The translations under genes were made by a program, and so were the position numbers. DNA of 64,000 bases, from the NCBI RefSeq assembly GCF_018350175.1, contig NC_058368.1, positions 172,300,001 through 172,364,000 of the forward strand, written 5' to 3'. This document shows positions 13,752 through 26,643 of the stretch, one piece after another. Numbering within the stretch: the first letter of the stretch is position 1; the number at the start of each line of letters is the position of its first letter. This DNA comes from Felis catus (lineage: Eukaryota). Under the pieces are notes generated by a model, which made no database searches, was not told the DNA's origin, and worked only from the letters and a program-made list of their open reading frames with translations.

Positions 13752-13790
13752 AAAAGGGGAAAAAAGTCTTAAGAGCTGAAAAACAAAAAC
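13520..13790 (+). mobile_element. CanSINE with expanded CT/CTTT microsatellite
   Basis: SINE head, long CT tract at ~13645-13747, TSD aaagtcctagag. Confidence 0.93.
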
Positions 13791-14094
13791 AAAGTCCTAG
13801 AGCCCATGCTAAGAAAGATTTAGGACACTTAAAGAGTGATAGCCCAAGGACATGGGTAGGTAGAGACAGAAGCAACCTGGGTCCAAAAGATGGCCTGGCT
13901 CAGTGCTCCTGACCCATCTTCTTCCCAATGTGCTGCTGAAGGAACTCAGCTCAGAAAAATCAACCTGCTGGTGGAGCCTGGAAGGAATGATGTGAATCAT
14001 GTTCAGTCTTCCGGTAAGGATCACAGGATCACATTCATTATTTAGGATATCCAAGGAGCACCTCTTTTGACTTAATTTACTGGTTTTAGGATAT

Positions 14095-14520
14095 ATTTAC
14101 AAAGGTGCTATAGCAATGTAATGATGACAACAACTGAACTAAACAACCAAAACACAGTGATCATCTACAAGGGAGTGAATACATAAACTGTGGCATACCC
14201 CATATTTTGCGTCTTTGAGAAAGAATGAGATCTATTGGAGATCTTAGAAAACCATGGTATAATATTTCACTTAAAAAAGTTAAAATTAGGATATATATAT
14301 ATATAGTCTGATCTATTTTTATAAAAATGTTCACCATATTTGTGTATTTTATATGAGGAAAGATAGGTATTGAAGAATAAACACAAAGTTGTTAACACGC
14401 ATCGAGGAGGAAGATGGAAATATATGGAGGAAAAGGGACTGAGTTGGCTATTTCATGGGATACTTCTATGTTGTTTGACTTATTACAATGGGCATGCATA
14501 GCTTTTGTGCCTTGAAAGGG
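14095..14520 (+). mobile_element. Diverged old L1 3' fragment (L1ME-like)
   Basis: ataaactgtggcatac...aagaatgagatcta motifs. Confidence 0.45.
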
Positions 14521-15171
14521 AAGCCTAATAAATTATTATTCCTGAAAATAAAGACATGTCAACAAAATTTGAAAAATGGATATTAACAATGCAAATGTAA
14601 AATTATCTCAGAATTATCAAATGTAGAACAAACAAAATAATGAACCCCATTAGAACATACTTGAGACAGTCAAGCTTTGATGACTCAAAGCTGGAAAGAG
14701 GTACTACAATTAGTTTCCCTTTGATTTCAGGGACTCATTTATTCTGCTTATCTCAAGACAGAGCTAATAGACCAAATGGTTTTGAAAAGTCTTAAATGGT
14801 TCTCAACATTTGGGTATATTCCAGGAAGACTAGTTAATTTAGCTATTCAGAGAATGGCACATTTGACAGGGAAAATGCAAATCAGATCACTATAGTTGGT
14901 GTTCAATTAGCCTCTCACACTGGAGGAAAAACAGTGACAGATAAGTAGAGATGATGCTATATCCACCATAATTTATTGGACTTTTGAAAGCCTCATTCAA
15001 CTTGCTCAGGAAAATATTAAGAAAGCTGTATGCGATTGCAAATTTGCTATGGAGGAACTGGGGGATAAATTAACAATCATATGACATTCCTTCTAATATA
15101 CTCTAAAACATAGTTAAATCCAAGAAAGAGATAAAATGATCCCCAGTCAACTATCCCTAGAGTACTTTTCA

Positions 15172-15294
15172 TGAGTGTTTTCAACCTGTGGGTCTTGAGC
15201 CATGAATCACTCTAGAAATAAATTTAGTATATTGTGATCAGTATAGGTCTAGATAAACAATCAAAACAAAACAAACACGTTTGAAAACCACTGT
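15172..15294. mobile_element. Possible hAT-Charlie/MER5-like DNA transposon relic
   Basis: Termini agtgttttcaacct ... tttgaaaaccactg resemble hAT TIRs. Confidence 0.35.
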
Positions 15295-15298
15295 ACTA

Positions 15299-16309
15299 CA
15301 TGAAAAGATGCCCAACATCGCTCATCAGGGAAATACAAATCAAAACCACACTCAGACACCACCTCATACCAGTCAGAGTGGCTAAAATGAACAAATCAGG
15401 AGACTATAGATGCTGGCGAGGATGTGGAGAAATGGGAACCCTCTTGCACTGTTGGTGGGAATGCAAACTAGTGCAGCCACTCTGGAAAAGTGTGGAGGTT
15501 CCTCAAAAAATTAAAAATAGATCTACCCTATGACCCAGCAATAGCCCTGCTAGGAATTTACCCAAGGGATATAGGAGTGCTGATGCATAGGGGCACTTGT
15601 ACCCCAGTGTTTATAGCAGCACTCTCAACAATAGCCAAATTACAGAAAGAGCCTAAATGTCCATCAACTGATGAATGGACAAAGAAACTGTGGTTTGTAT
15701 ACACAATGGAATACTACGTGGCAACGAGAAGGAATGAAATATGGCCTTTTGTAGCAACGTGTATGGAACTGGAGAGTGTTATGCCAAGTGAAATAAGTCA
15801 TACAGAGAAAGACAGATACCATATGTTTTCACTCTTATGTGGAACCTGAAAAACTTAACAGAAGACCATGGGGGAGGGGAAGGAAAAAAAAAAAGGCTGG
15901 AGAGGGAGGGAGTCAAAACATAAGACACTCTTAAAAACTGAGAACAGGGGCGCCTGGGTGGCTTGATCGGTTAAGCGTCGGACTTCGGCTCAGGTCATGA
16001 TCTCACGGTCCGTGAGTTCGAGCCCCGCATCGGACTCTGTGCTGATGGCTCAGAGCCTGGAGCCTGTTTCAGATTCTGTGTCTCCCTCTCTCTCTGCCCC
16101 TCCCCTGTTCATGCTCTGTGTCTGTCTCAAAAATAAATAAACGTTAAAAAAAAATTTTTTTAAAAAACTGAGAACTGAGGGTTGATGGGGGGGTGGGAGG
16201 GAGGGGAGGGTGGGTGATGGGTATTGAGGAGGGCACCTGTTGGGATGAGCACTGAGTGTTGTATGGAAACCAATCTGACAATAAATTTTGTATTAAAAAA
16301 AAAAGAAAA
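15299..16309 (+). mobile_element. 5'-truncated feline L1 (ORF2 C-terminus, 3' UTR, polyA), frameshifted, with nested SINE
   Basis: ORF2 peptides IREIQIKTTLRHHLIPVR and [25 protein letters not shown]-rich 3' UTR; AATAAA; polyA; TSD gaaaaccactg(ta/ca)Yta. Confidence 0.97.
15947..16162 (+). mobile_element. Feline SINEC inserted in the L1 3' UTR
   Basis: TSD aaaaactgagaac at 15933-15945 and 16163-16175. Confidence 0.97.
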
Positions 16310-17177
16310 GAAAACCACTGCATTAAATAAATATTTTTTTTCCCTGCCCCCATCCCTATTCCTACTCCCAACCAGCAGGAGCAAAAACACTTTCAAGTCT
16401 GTTGGCCACATCCTGTGCTGATTTTCAAAGAGCTGATTTTGCCATTAAAAAAAAAAAAGTCAAATTCCAGTATCCACCAGAAAATTAAAGAGATAATTCT
16501 ATTCTCTCCACCTCACAACAAAGTGTTTATTATAATGGGTAAGTGCTTTGCGTTTGGATTTCTCCCTGAGAAATAATTCGTAAATTCCCCTTATATATTA
16601 AAATGCCACATTACAAATGAGGGGGTTACAACAATAAAGTTGTAAGGCTGGGATCAGGCTAGGTTCCTAAGGATTGCATTAACAGTCCAGCACCAGCAAG
16701 AGCACAGGAACTGTGCCCTGGGAGCAACAGCTAATAGTTAAATTCTCAAATCTCAAAAGTTACTTCTGGCAATGTGTTGCTGGCACCTGGAATTCCCAAG
16801 ACTGCTGTTGTCAGCAGAATTCAGGGTGAGTGACATCTCCTGTTGAAGCTCTACCATGTGCCTCACAAAAGTAAAATACTGATTTCAAACCCAATAGCCA
16901 GGAGGATATAGCTCCTCGTACCTCCGACCTGTATGTTCAGCAGCCTACCTGACCTCTGTACCCAGAGACGCACTCAACGTATTTCAAACTCAACCTGGCT
17001 TCTTCCCTTGCCAGCCGACCCATCCCACACATCACCAGGCTGCCAGGCTGGTTGTTCAACTAAATGAGCAAGTAAGTGCCAAGAGCCAGGTTCTACATGC
17101 CTATTTGCCTAAACCAAAGACTTTGGCGTCCTTTTTTGAATTATTCCTCCCTACTCCTTGCTCTTATCATCAGTTTC

Positions 17178-17410
17178 TTTCTCTCTCTCTCTCTCTCTCT
17201 TTTTTTTAAGTTGATTTATTTATTTGAGAGAGACAGAGCACAAGCAGGGGAGGGGCAGAGCATCTCTCAGAGGGAGAGAGAGAAGCCCAAGTAGGCTCTG
17301 CACAGTCAGCACAGAGCCCGATACAGGACTTGAACTCACAAACTGTGAGATCATGACCTGAGCCGAAACCAAGAGTCAGACACTTAACTGACTGAGCCAC
17401 CCAGGCACCT
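17178..17410 (-). mobile_element. CanSINE
   Basis: Reverse-complement SINE; TSD ctcttatcatcWgtttc. Confidence 0.95.
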
Positions 17411-17419
17411 CTTATCATC

Positions 17420-18050
17420 TGTTTCAGTTCATCTTATCTCACAAATCTTTCTGGAAACTGTTCATTCCTCCCCATGTCCACTATCATCATTCTAGCTCAG
17501 GATACCATTGCTCACCTGGATTGCAGAAACAGAGCTTTACCTGGCTTTCCTGCCTCTGGCCTTCTCTCCAGACTGTTCTCCAAAGCCAGAGCCAACAGTC
17601 TACACACAATTCTAAGCACTGTGTATCACCTGTCATGCTACAAGATCAGTATCAACAACAACAACGCTTCAACGACTTTCCTTTGCCCTTAGGTAGATCC
17701 AAATTTCTCAAGGTGGCCTAAGAACCATCCTCTCTCCTCTCCCCTCAAAATCTAAGTTCTCTGGCCATACTAAACAAATTGCAGTTCTCCAGATAAGTTA
17801 CAATCCCTGCCTTCCACCCCATGCCACTTAACTGCACATCTCACTCAGGTGGTTTCTGGAACGACTTCTTGAATCCTGGTGGGCACCACCCCCACGTGCC
17901 CTTCTTCCTACCACAGCACCTACCACACCGCCCACTGGCTCCATTTCTTGGGTCTCCTCCTCCAGATCCCCCCTGAGGAGCAAGCTTGTGTCTGACTGGT
18001 TTACAACACCCAGCACTATGCCTGGCTGGCAGCAAATATGAAATATGTGT
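17420..18050. mobile_element. L2 fragments
   Basis: L2-like tcacctggattgcagaaacag...ccagcactatgcctggc. Confidence 0.5.
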
Positions 18051-18619
18051 ATGTTAAAATTTAACATCACTCAGTTTCTCTATATGGGGCAATGGAAACT
18101 ATGGAAAAGTTAAACCAGGCATTGGAGGGTCATCGTGTGATTTGTACAGTGACACAGTGTGGACTTTCGGCAGTGGCTGGGAAGCCACAAAGCCTCTCAG
18201 GCACACAAGGACGGATTGTATGTCTGCCACACAATCTCAAAACAAACCGGAGCATGAAAATCAATTATGGAAGTCTGCTTGGGATTATAAACAATGTTAA
18301 CATTAACTATGTTTTATCTTTAAAACCACTTTGTAGAAAGAAATTACATTCAGAAATCACAATTATAACAGCTATTAGATTTTTCTATGGTCCTTTCCTT
18401 TTTTTAACCACATATTTTTGGTCTTTTGAAATGGCTATCATCATCGTATACATGTATTGCTAATTTAGGTTTTCCCAAGTAGGTATTAATATTCATGTTT
18501 TTAATGACTGAGTAAAGGCCATCAAGTAAGTGCACAATTTTCTTAATCTTATTTAGGAAATCTCTAATCTTTACTAATTTAAATAATACCGTAACATATA
18601 CATAAAACACGTATATATA

Positions 18620-18850
18620 GGGGCACCTGGGTGGCTCAGTCAGTTAAGCCTCTGACCCTCGATCTCAGCTCAGGTCATGATCTCACGGTTCGGGAGTCAG
18701 GCTCTGTGCTGGCTCTCTGTGCAGAGCCTGCTAGGGCTTCTGTCTCTGCCCTCTCTCTGCCTCCCCACCCAACCCCCCACCCCCGCCACTTGCACATGCT
18801 CGCTCGCTCTCTCTCTTAAAATAAACAAACACACACACATAAAAAATTTT
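18620..18850 (+). mobile_element. CanSINE
   Basis: ggggcacctgggtggctcagtcagttaag head; A-rich tail. Confidence 0.93.
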
Positions 18851-21826
18851 TTCAAATTAGAACAGAGTAGAATTTTTTTTTTCTCATTTTAAAGGACTAT
18901 TTCACCACCTCAAAGAACCACAAAAGAATGCCTGCTTGGACACTGTCCATACAAACAATATTCATAACAGTGGCTAACATAATTATAGAAAAGAGGGCTT
19001 GCAGATCAAAACATGTGCGTGGTACACAAAGAGGAATAAGCAAGAAAGGAAGCTGTGAGTGGTGACAAAGACCAGAGAAAGGAAGAGATGCTGCTGAAAC
19101 AGATAAGGAGAAGCAGGAATTCAGACAGGCAAGGTGCCAAGCAGAGTATGTTCCTGAAAGACAGGAGAAGGGCAATTCTAGAGTTACTCTCCGTTCTTAG
19201 TTAACTAAGATGCTACCTTTCAGCTGTCCCTAAAAAGCACATCCCAGTAGTGAGTGGACCATCTTGACATCTCAGCGCCCAGCAGCTTTTCTATCAAGAT
19301 GGCTAGGTATCCAATTTAAACATGAAAGCCATGACTGACAGCAGAGGACTTTGAAATTCTTCCAGTAGCTGGGGGCTAGGAGGCAGGAAGAGCCAACAAG
19401 GGAGAAGTGGCTACCAGGGCAGAAATGTATTTATGAGGGACACTGTGGGGAGCATATCCAAAGGAACAGCAGAATCTCTACCCACTTTGCCCATAACCAG
19501 TGGTCACTCTATTATACTCCCTCCTCACCCCCACGTCCTGTCCTGCCAGTGACAGCTGAACTTCTGCCAACAGCCCGATCCCTTCCTCAATAGGCTTCCT
19601 ATAATTAAAATTTGATTCAGCACTCATGTAAATATTATTTCTCACACAACTGTCATCTTCTATCATTCTTGTGCTAACCTCAACAATTTTCCCACTCCAC
19701 TTCCACTGTCAAAGAGTAATAAAATCCTCCTAGATGTCTCATTCTTAATGAATGTGCTGTTTTCTTTTCCTCCCACCCTGGTAGCGCGGATCCAGCTCTA
19801 ATGGAAGGCAAGGAGGATCTCAAGTCTCCATGCGAACACCAAGCTGTGGTCTCAAGTCATTACAGTCCTAGGTCTGTCTATTCTATTTATTTTATCAAAA
19901 AAAATCTTATAACAATATTTATATATCCTCTAAGAAGCCAGGTTACTGTTAAGCCTTGAATTCAGCAGAGCTTAAAAATAAGAGGACAAAATGGTCAACA
20001 AGTCATACTTTACTGTTAAAAATGCTATATATCTCATGTACCATTCCCCACCCCCACACCTCTTCTGTGTCTCATTCAATACCCTACAGAGGCCCTTTAA
20101 GAACACAGTCTGTGCTTTCAGCAATAACTGACATCCTTGTAAATCCATGTAATGTTCAGAAAATAAATCCAGTGCTCTCTCTGCCCATATAGCAACATTA
20201 ATCTTATGAACAGTACTAGAGAGCACCATCCCCTCCCCCTCTCCTCCCCTCCCTCCATCTGCTTTAAGTAGGGCAAGTATTTTACTCATGTTAATTGTTC
20301 TGACAGATGAGGATCAACACTGCTTTAATCCATTTGCAGCCTAGCACTGGGTACATTTGTCTTCTCAAATGCTGTTAGAGGCAAGTACACGGGCTGTTAG
20401 TAACACAAGAGCTACTTCAGGGCAACGCTCAGTACTCTTAAGTGACTGGTTCTACATTCCTTACAGAGCAAATCCAAGGGAAATTCTTCCCCAAACTGGT
20501 TCAAGGCTTTTTGATTGCCATTGTGCTTGTGCTTCAAGACTTTAAAAACACTAGATAGTAGGATTTTGTTCAATTAAGGCAAATTGAATCAGTTACTATT
20601 GATTTCTTTTAAGATGTTAGTGTATTGTCTCATTTACTAACTAATTGTATGCAAGTTCTCTAAAAGACAAAAGGATGAGGCTGAATTCAGTAGGACTTGA
20701 CTATAAAATTGGGCAACTCAGGAACCATGTGTGTTTTACAAGGATATACCACCTACTTACAGCTTACACTGGGGAGCATTAGACCCAAGGTCTGCTGGTG
20801 TTGACAAAAGCATGAGCCTTAGATACAGGCAACACCTGGGTTCAAATCCCAGCGCCACCATCTTTCACCTCTGTGCCCAGCTGCCATGGGTACTGTATCA
20901 AATGATTTAGCACATTTAACACCCAGCCCCATACTCTCCCTACCCAAGGACTTTGGGGGTGTTCACTTAAGCTACTGTTATGCATACCTACATCTTGATT
21001 TCGAATTACCTGAAAAGTAGCTTCATATGCTGCACTATGTATTTGCTAGATAGTTCTACTCCCACCTCACAAGTGTAGCCAAAAAGGACTTCTACAGACA
21101 GGGAGCACAATGCTGGCCTGACACCCTCCTCCCAACATTTTAGCACAGATGTAGCTCATCACACTGTCCTCCCTGAGCACTATTTCTTTGCTGGCTCTGG
21201 ACTCCACTGGCCCATTTCCACTGCTTACCCCTGACCTGGTTTTTGAATTTGCCATTTTCTCTTTCCTAATGCCTCAATTGGTCTTATTTCTATTTCTTCT
21301 TCAATTCCATCATCTATCTCCCGTGTTTTCAATTTAATAACCTTATACATTTCAAGTTTTCAGTATAGTCCTTTCCAGTTCAGAAATTTAATGAAGAAAA
21401 ATAAATATGGTATGATTCAGATTTATGGAATATATTGCATAGAGAACCCACCTGCAAAACTTGTTATCCCTCACAGACAGGGTCACTGATTTCCTCCCAC
21501 ACCACTTCCCCCTCCTCCTCCTCCTCCTCTCTCTGCTTTCAACCCTACTTAGGCTACATTGGCGAACAAAGAGTAGACAGGAAGGAGAACAGTATTCTAG
21601 TTTGTTGGCTCTTTCTTCTTCACCTTTCAGGTGTGTGTGGCAGGGAGGGGTGGCCCATGAGAAGCTACTTAACAGAAATTCCTACTACAGACATGAGAAA
21701 TGCTTATACTACATTCCAGCCCTTCTTATCCAAAACAAGTATACATTTGCACATGTTAGGATCTCAACAATGTAAACAAGATCAACTTTTTCTCTATACA
21801 ATAGAAAATATCAAAGATAAATGGTA

Positions 21827-21927
21827 GGGGTGCCTGGGTGGCTCAGTTGGTTAAGCATCCAACTCTGGATTTTGGCTCAGGTCATGATCTCACAATCGTA
21901 AGATCAAGACCCGTGCATGCTTGCGTG

Positions 21928-21977
<50 letters not shown>

Positions 21978-21989
21978 AAAAAAAAAAAA
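21827..21989 (+). mobile_element. CanSINE with internal deletion
   Basis: Head joins the CT tract with the central segment missing; TSD aaagataaatg. Confidence 0.92.
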
Positions 21990-22789
21990 AAAGATAAATG
22001 TTAAGTTTATCTGACTACGGGATTTTAGGTAATTTTGGTTTTAGCATCTTTCTGACTTCCTATATTTTACAATGAAGAGTAGAATTATTTCTCTTATCAG
22101 AAAATAACTGTAATTATGTGAAGTCATTGATGCCCTATCCCCATTCAGCGCCCTACTTTGCCAACCATCAGTAACTGTTTACAATTTAGTCTGAAATAAT
22201 CCTGAGTAGCCACTTCTAATTTTGAAAAGCCAGAGTTCTGACTAGCCAAATTGATTATATTGATGGAGTAGTGCCCTAAAAACCTACATGCATTCTTCTA
22301 AGCTCCAAGTTTAAGACCAAAAAACGTCTTCATGAGCTAGCAACACCCATTTAAGATAACTTAAATCACGAGAAACAGACAATTTAGACAGTTGCCAAAT
22401 GTAGACAATTCCTAAAGGTGGATTTTGATGGGAAGCCTTGATTCCCAAGAAATAGTTTTCCTGGTTCTACTGCTAACAAAATACACGCGGATGCACACGG
22501 GCCTTTTTAAAGACCAAATCAGGCAAATTTTAGACCAACACAATTTGTCATAAAACCAGGGCCAGCCTTAAAATGTCCGAATCAGAATTCAGAAATGGAT
22601 TCTGGTGAGCTACACTTTTACTGAGACTCTAAAGGAATTTAGCTTGGCTGTTGTATTGTTTCTAATAGCTGAAATCAGTATTTAAGGAGATAAAAGGTAA
22701 CATATATGAACTCCATAGACTAAACTGATAGCGCCCAACAAAAATCCCTTGCATCTCTAACTACAAAATGGAATATAACCGGAGAGAAA

Positions 22790-22960
22790 GCACTGTGCCC
22801 TGCAGTCAGAAGAGTGGGGTCAAATCTGACTTTATTCTCTGGGCCCCAGTTTCTCCAGCCACAGGATAATGAGCCCACTGGAAATGGTGCGGTCCAAGGA
22901 TGAGTAGGAATGAGTGGACGTGGTGACAGCGCTGACACGTGCAAGGTGTTGGGCTTCCAG
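22790..22960 (+). mobile_element. MIR fragment
   Basis: gcagtcagaagagtggggtcaaatc...gccccagtttctcc. Confidence 0.45.
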
Positions 22961-23784
22961 TGTTACCCACAAAATGCACATCTCAAACCAAAATGAAGAT
23001 CTTAGACCTGGATTGTTCATTTCTTCTCATGTAAAAGTCACAGCTCCAAAACCAACACCGCATAAAAATACCAAAAACATCATGAAACTGGTAGTTCTGA
23101 AGGACAAGCGAGTTTCTTCAGCCGTGACTGCAGCCACCCCTGCTACATTCCGAGTGCCTGTCCTACCCAGGTGCTTGTAACAGTCCCCGCACAGACACAG
23201 CACTCTCCACAGGACCAGCTCCCTGTATCATCTGTTCTTCCCGAACCACCCAGCCAGAGGCCCTGCTGCCAGGTAGAGCCAAATTGTGCTCTGTGTCAGC
23301 TCTCTGGGCTCCACTGGAAGGGTTCTCGTGTTTTTTTAAGGTAACAGCCACAGGGCTCTTCTTCACTGGGGTCACTCCTTGCCCATCAGTTTTGTTTCTG
23401 TATCAGGGGAGCTCCCCACAACTGAAATGCTCTTAAGGAGGTTTTTATAGGAGAGGAGGGATTAAACTGCCTTCTATACATTATACAAAATGTCTTCATT
23501 CCATTAGCATTTACCAAACGGCTTACGCGAAAGGCACTCTTCATGTCTGTTCTATTAGAGCACTCAAATCAGACCCGCTGTTCTAGTGCAGTTAATTGGG
23601 CACACATGCTGTCTGCTAACTAAATGGTAAGTGATTCATTTAATATGCACATTCTGGGTACCTATCAGGCACTGGGCATTCTGTTAGGTATGTAAGTCAA
23701 GATTGATAAGACAGTCCCCAACTTCAAAAGGGAACACCTCAAAAAGCTATGCAGAGGCACTCACTTCTAAATATTAAAGCATTT

Positions 23785-24002
23785 GGGGCCCCTGGATGAC
23801 CCAGTTGGTTAAACGTCGGACTTCAGCTCAGGTCATGATCTCGCAGTTCATGAGTTCGAGCCCCACATTGGGTTCTGTGCTGAACACTCAGAGTCTGGTG
23901 CCTGCTTTGCATTCTGTGTCTCCCTCTCTCTCTGCCCCTCCCCTGCTCATTCTCTCTCTCTTTCTCTAATAAATAAACATAAAAAAACCCCTTACAAATA
24001 AA
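23785..24002 (+). mobile_element. CanSINE
   Basis: TSD taaatattaaagcaYttg. Confidence 0.95.
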
Positions 24003-24794
24003 TAAATATTAAAGCACTTGCTACCTCCTTTCACCATACAATATATATCAATCACTGTGAGTTTTGTATTTACATGTCAGCTCCACATATAATGGTGAAC
24101 ACCTAAATTTAAGCTATGTCTAGTTCCCAGCACAAAGACTGGTAGTCAACACTCCTTGCATGTTTAGCCAGTGTGGACCTCACAATCTAGACAACAGGAA
24201 GGTATACACCGAATAACAGTGCTGTCCACACTACCACAGAGGCTTACGATAGGACACAGTGCAAGTTCCAATAATTTGCCATCAGACAGCAAAGGGGACT
24301 CCATGCAGTTCCCACCTGCGGTGATTTAGGAAGATTTTACTGGAGAGTGGGAATTTGGGCTAAGCCTGGAAGTAGGATTTCAACAGGTATAAAGAGGGAG
24401 GGAGGGGGGAAGGTGTCCAGGTGGGCAGAACAGCTTAAATGAAAGCATCTTATGATTTATGTTGGGTACCTAGCTGCAGGGAGATGGCCTTACACAGCTG
24501 GGGCTCTGGATCGCTCAGCAGCCCCAGCTGCTCCTTATTGTTATGATTTAGAAGGTTAGAGGCTGCTCTAGCAGCCAAAATGCAGGCCCTCTAGCCTCCT
24601 GATTCAAAGTGGAGGGAGGTTTAAAAAGTTTAAGCTGTGTGTGTATGACAGAAAGAGAAAGTTTTTTTTTTTTTTAATAATAAGTATCTCTAAATTCCAA
24701 TGCTGTCAATATATGACTCCTTTCAAATCTTTTTTCCTTTAGGTACCAGGTTAGAGAAAACCTACAAAACTACTCTTTAAAAACCTTCTTTCCT

Positions 24795-25010
24795 GGGGCC
24801 CCTGGGTGGCTCACTCGGTTAAGCGTCCGACTTCAGCTCAGGTCACAATCTCGCGGTCCGTGAGTTCGAGCCCCATGTCAGGCTCTGGGCTGATGGCTAG
24901 GAACCTGGAGCCTGTTTCCGATTCCGTGTCTCCCTCTCTCTCTGCCCCTCCCCTGTTCATGCTCTGTCTCTGTCTCAAAAATAAATAAACGTTAATAAAA
25001 AAAAAAAAAC
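24795..25010 (+). mobile_element. Feline SINEC
   Basis: TSD accttctttcct. Confidence 0.96.
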
Positions 25011-26417
25011 ACCTTCTTTCCTTTCTTATCTCAGAAAAGAAGAGTACACAGTCGGTCCTCAGCCCTGATTAAAACATCAAGGTCATAGACCCAGCAGCAT
25101 CCTTCCCCCTCAGACATCTCCCTCCTCAGCAGGGGCCTGGCCTCACCCAAGGGTTTCACAGTTCCAAGTAAGCCTGGAGGGGACACTGTATTAACTGCCC
25201 CAAATGACAATCCAACCTTAGCTGCATTAATAGGAATATTGTATCCAGCACAATATCGAGAATATCGACCCCGAGCTAGTCAGACGCCTAGAGAAGTACG
25301 CACATGCAAAAACCCCATCCTAAGAGCGCCAAAGGGAAACCCGACCATCCAGAGGGACGTGAACTATCTGGAAACCCTCACTAGTGAGGAATAATTGCCC
25401 AAACTCTCTGAAGTTCTGCCTGACACAAGATATGCAGAGGAGGGAGGGTAAAGAAACACCATTATCCAGCTCCTGCCACTCCAGCTCCTTTGTTACCCTC
25501 CCCCCTTCCAACATTCCAACACCTGCCCCTCTAACTTCCCAATTCCCAATTCTGTTCTCCACTTGCACAAACTAAAGTCCATGGAGGTTAGGGTAACTAT
25601 CCAAAGTCACAAAGCTGTGAGCAGACCAAACGTTTGATGCCAAAACCCATCTCCACCTAGCTCCAAAGCTCATTAGAGGAGAGAGCTGGCGCTTAATTTC
25701 TAGTAATCTTCCAAAGAACTGTCATCTCTTCATGTTACAGTTTGCTCTTACGAGATTGTTTTCCCGCTTATTAGCACCATGTATTTGTTGAGATGAACTT
25801 GGCAATACAAAGTATCAATACTTTGGCAGAACATAATGGGATAATTCAGGTCCTTAACCCAAAGCTTTGTTTCTACTTAAGATAGTCTAAAAAAGCTACA
25901 TCAGCTTCTAATTCTCTGCCACCCACTCTCCCACCAACTCAGTTGGTTTTCCTTAACTTCTAGGCATAACTTAATTTTTTTGTTTGGGCTGGTCAGAGAG
26001 ATGCTGGAAGAAAATGAAACCAACTTGTAAAACTTTATTTTGCTAATTTGTGGAACAGCACGTGGCTTTCCTCTATAGTGGTTCAGCTTCTATAATCCTA
26101 TAGGAAGAGAGGTCAACCAGGCTTGTTTTTATTAAAAATATCAAAAGAAGAAATGGACTGGTATAAGTCAAATGAGTCTGTCCAAAGGCAGAACTTCCAT
26201 GTAAAAACTCTCTATTCCATCGACAGAAGTGTACTAGACAGCTAATGGCTTGAACTTCACATCTCCAATTCTAGGATTATACTCTAAAATAGGCAATCTT
26301 AATTTTTTTTTAAAGGACTTACAGACATACACTGTAGTCAAAGGAAAATTTGTTCTGAGAACTTCTGTCCCCAAACTCAAATCTCATCTCCTCCACCTTT
26401 TAATTGAAAGGAGAAGA

Positions 26418-26643
26418 GGGGCGCCTGAGTGGCTCAGTCGGTTAAGTGTCTGACTTCGGCTCAGGTCACAATCTCACGGTCCATGAGTTCGAGCCCCACG
26501 TTGGGCTCTGGGCTGATGGCTCAGAGCCTGGAGCCCTCTTCCGATTCTGTGTCTCCCTCTCTCTCTGCCCCTCCCCCGTTCATGCTCTCTCTCTGTCTCA
26601 AAAATAAATAAATGTTAAAAAAAATTTTTTTTTTTTTTTTAAA
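26418..26643 (+). mobile_element. Feline SINEC
   Basis: TSD gaaaggagaagag. Confidence 0.96.

Noticed and set aside
16811..16835. cagcagaattc resembling the reverse-complement end of the CPEB3 HDV-like ribozyme
   Set aside because: The match does not extend beyond about 11 nt.
21600..24750. Plus-strand polypyrimidine-AG|GT sites (~21630 and ~24742)
   Set aside because: Isolated acceptor-like motifs with poor donors and no associated exon; expected by chance.
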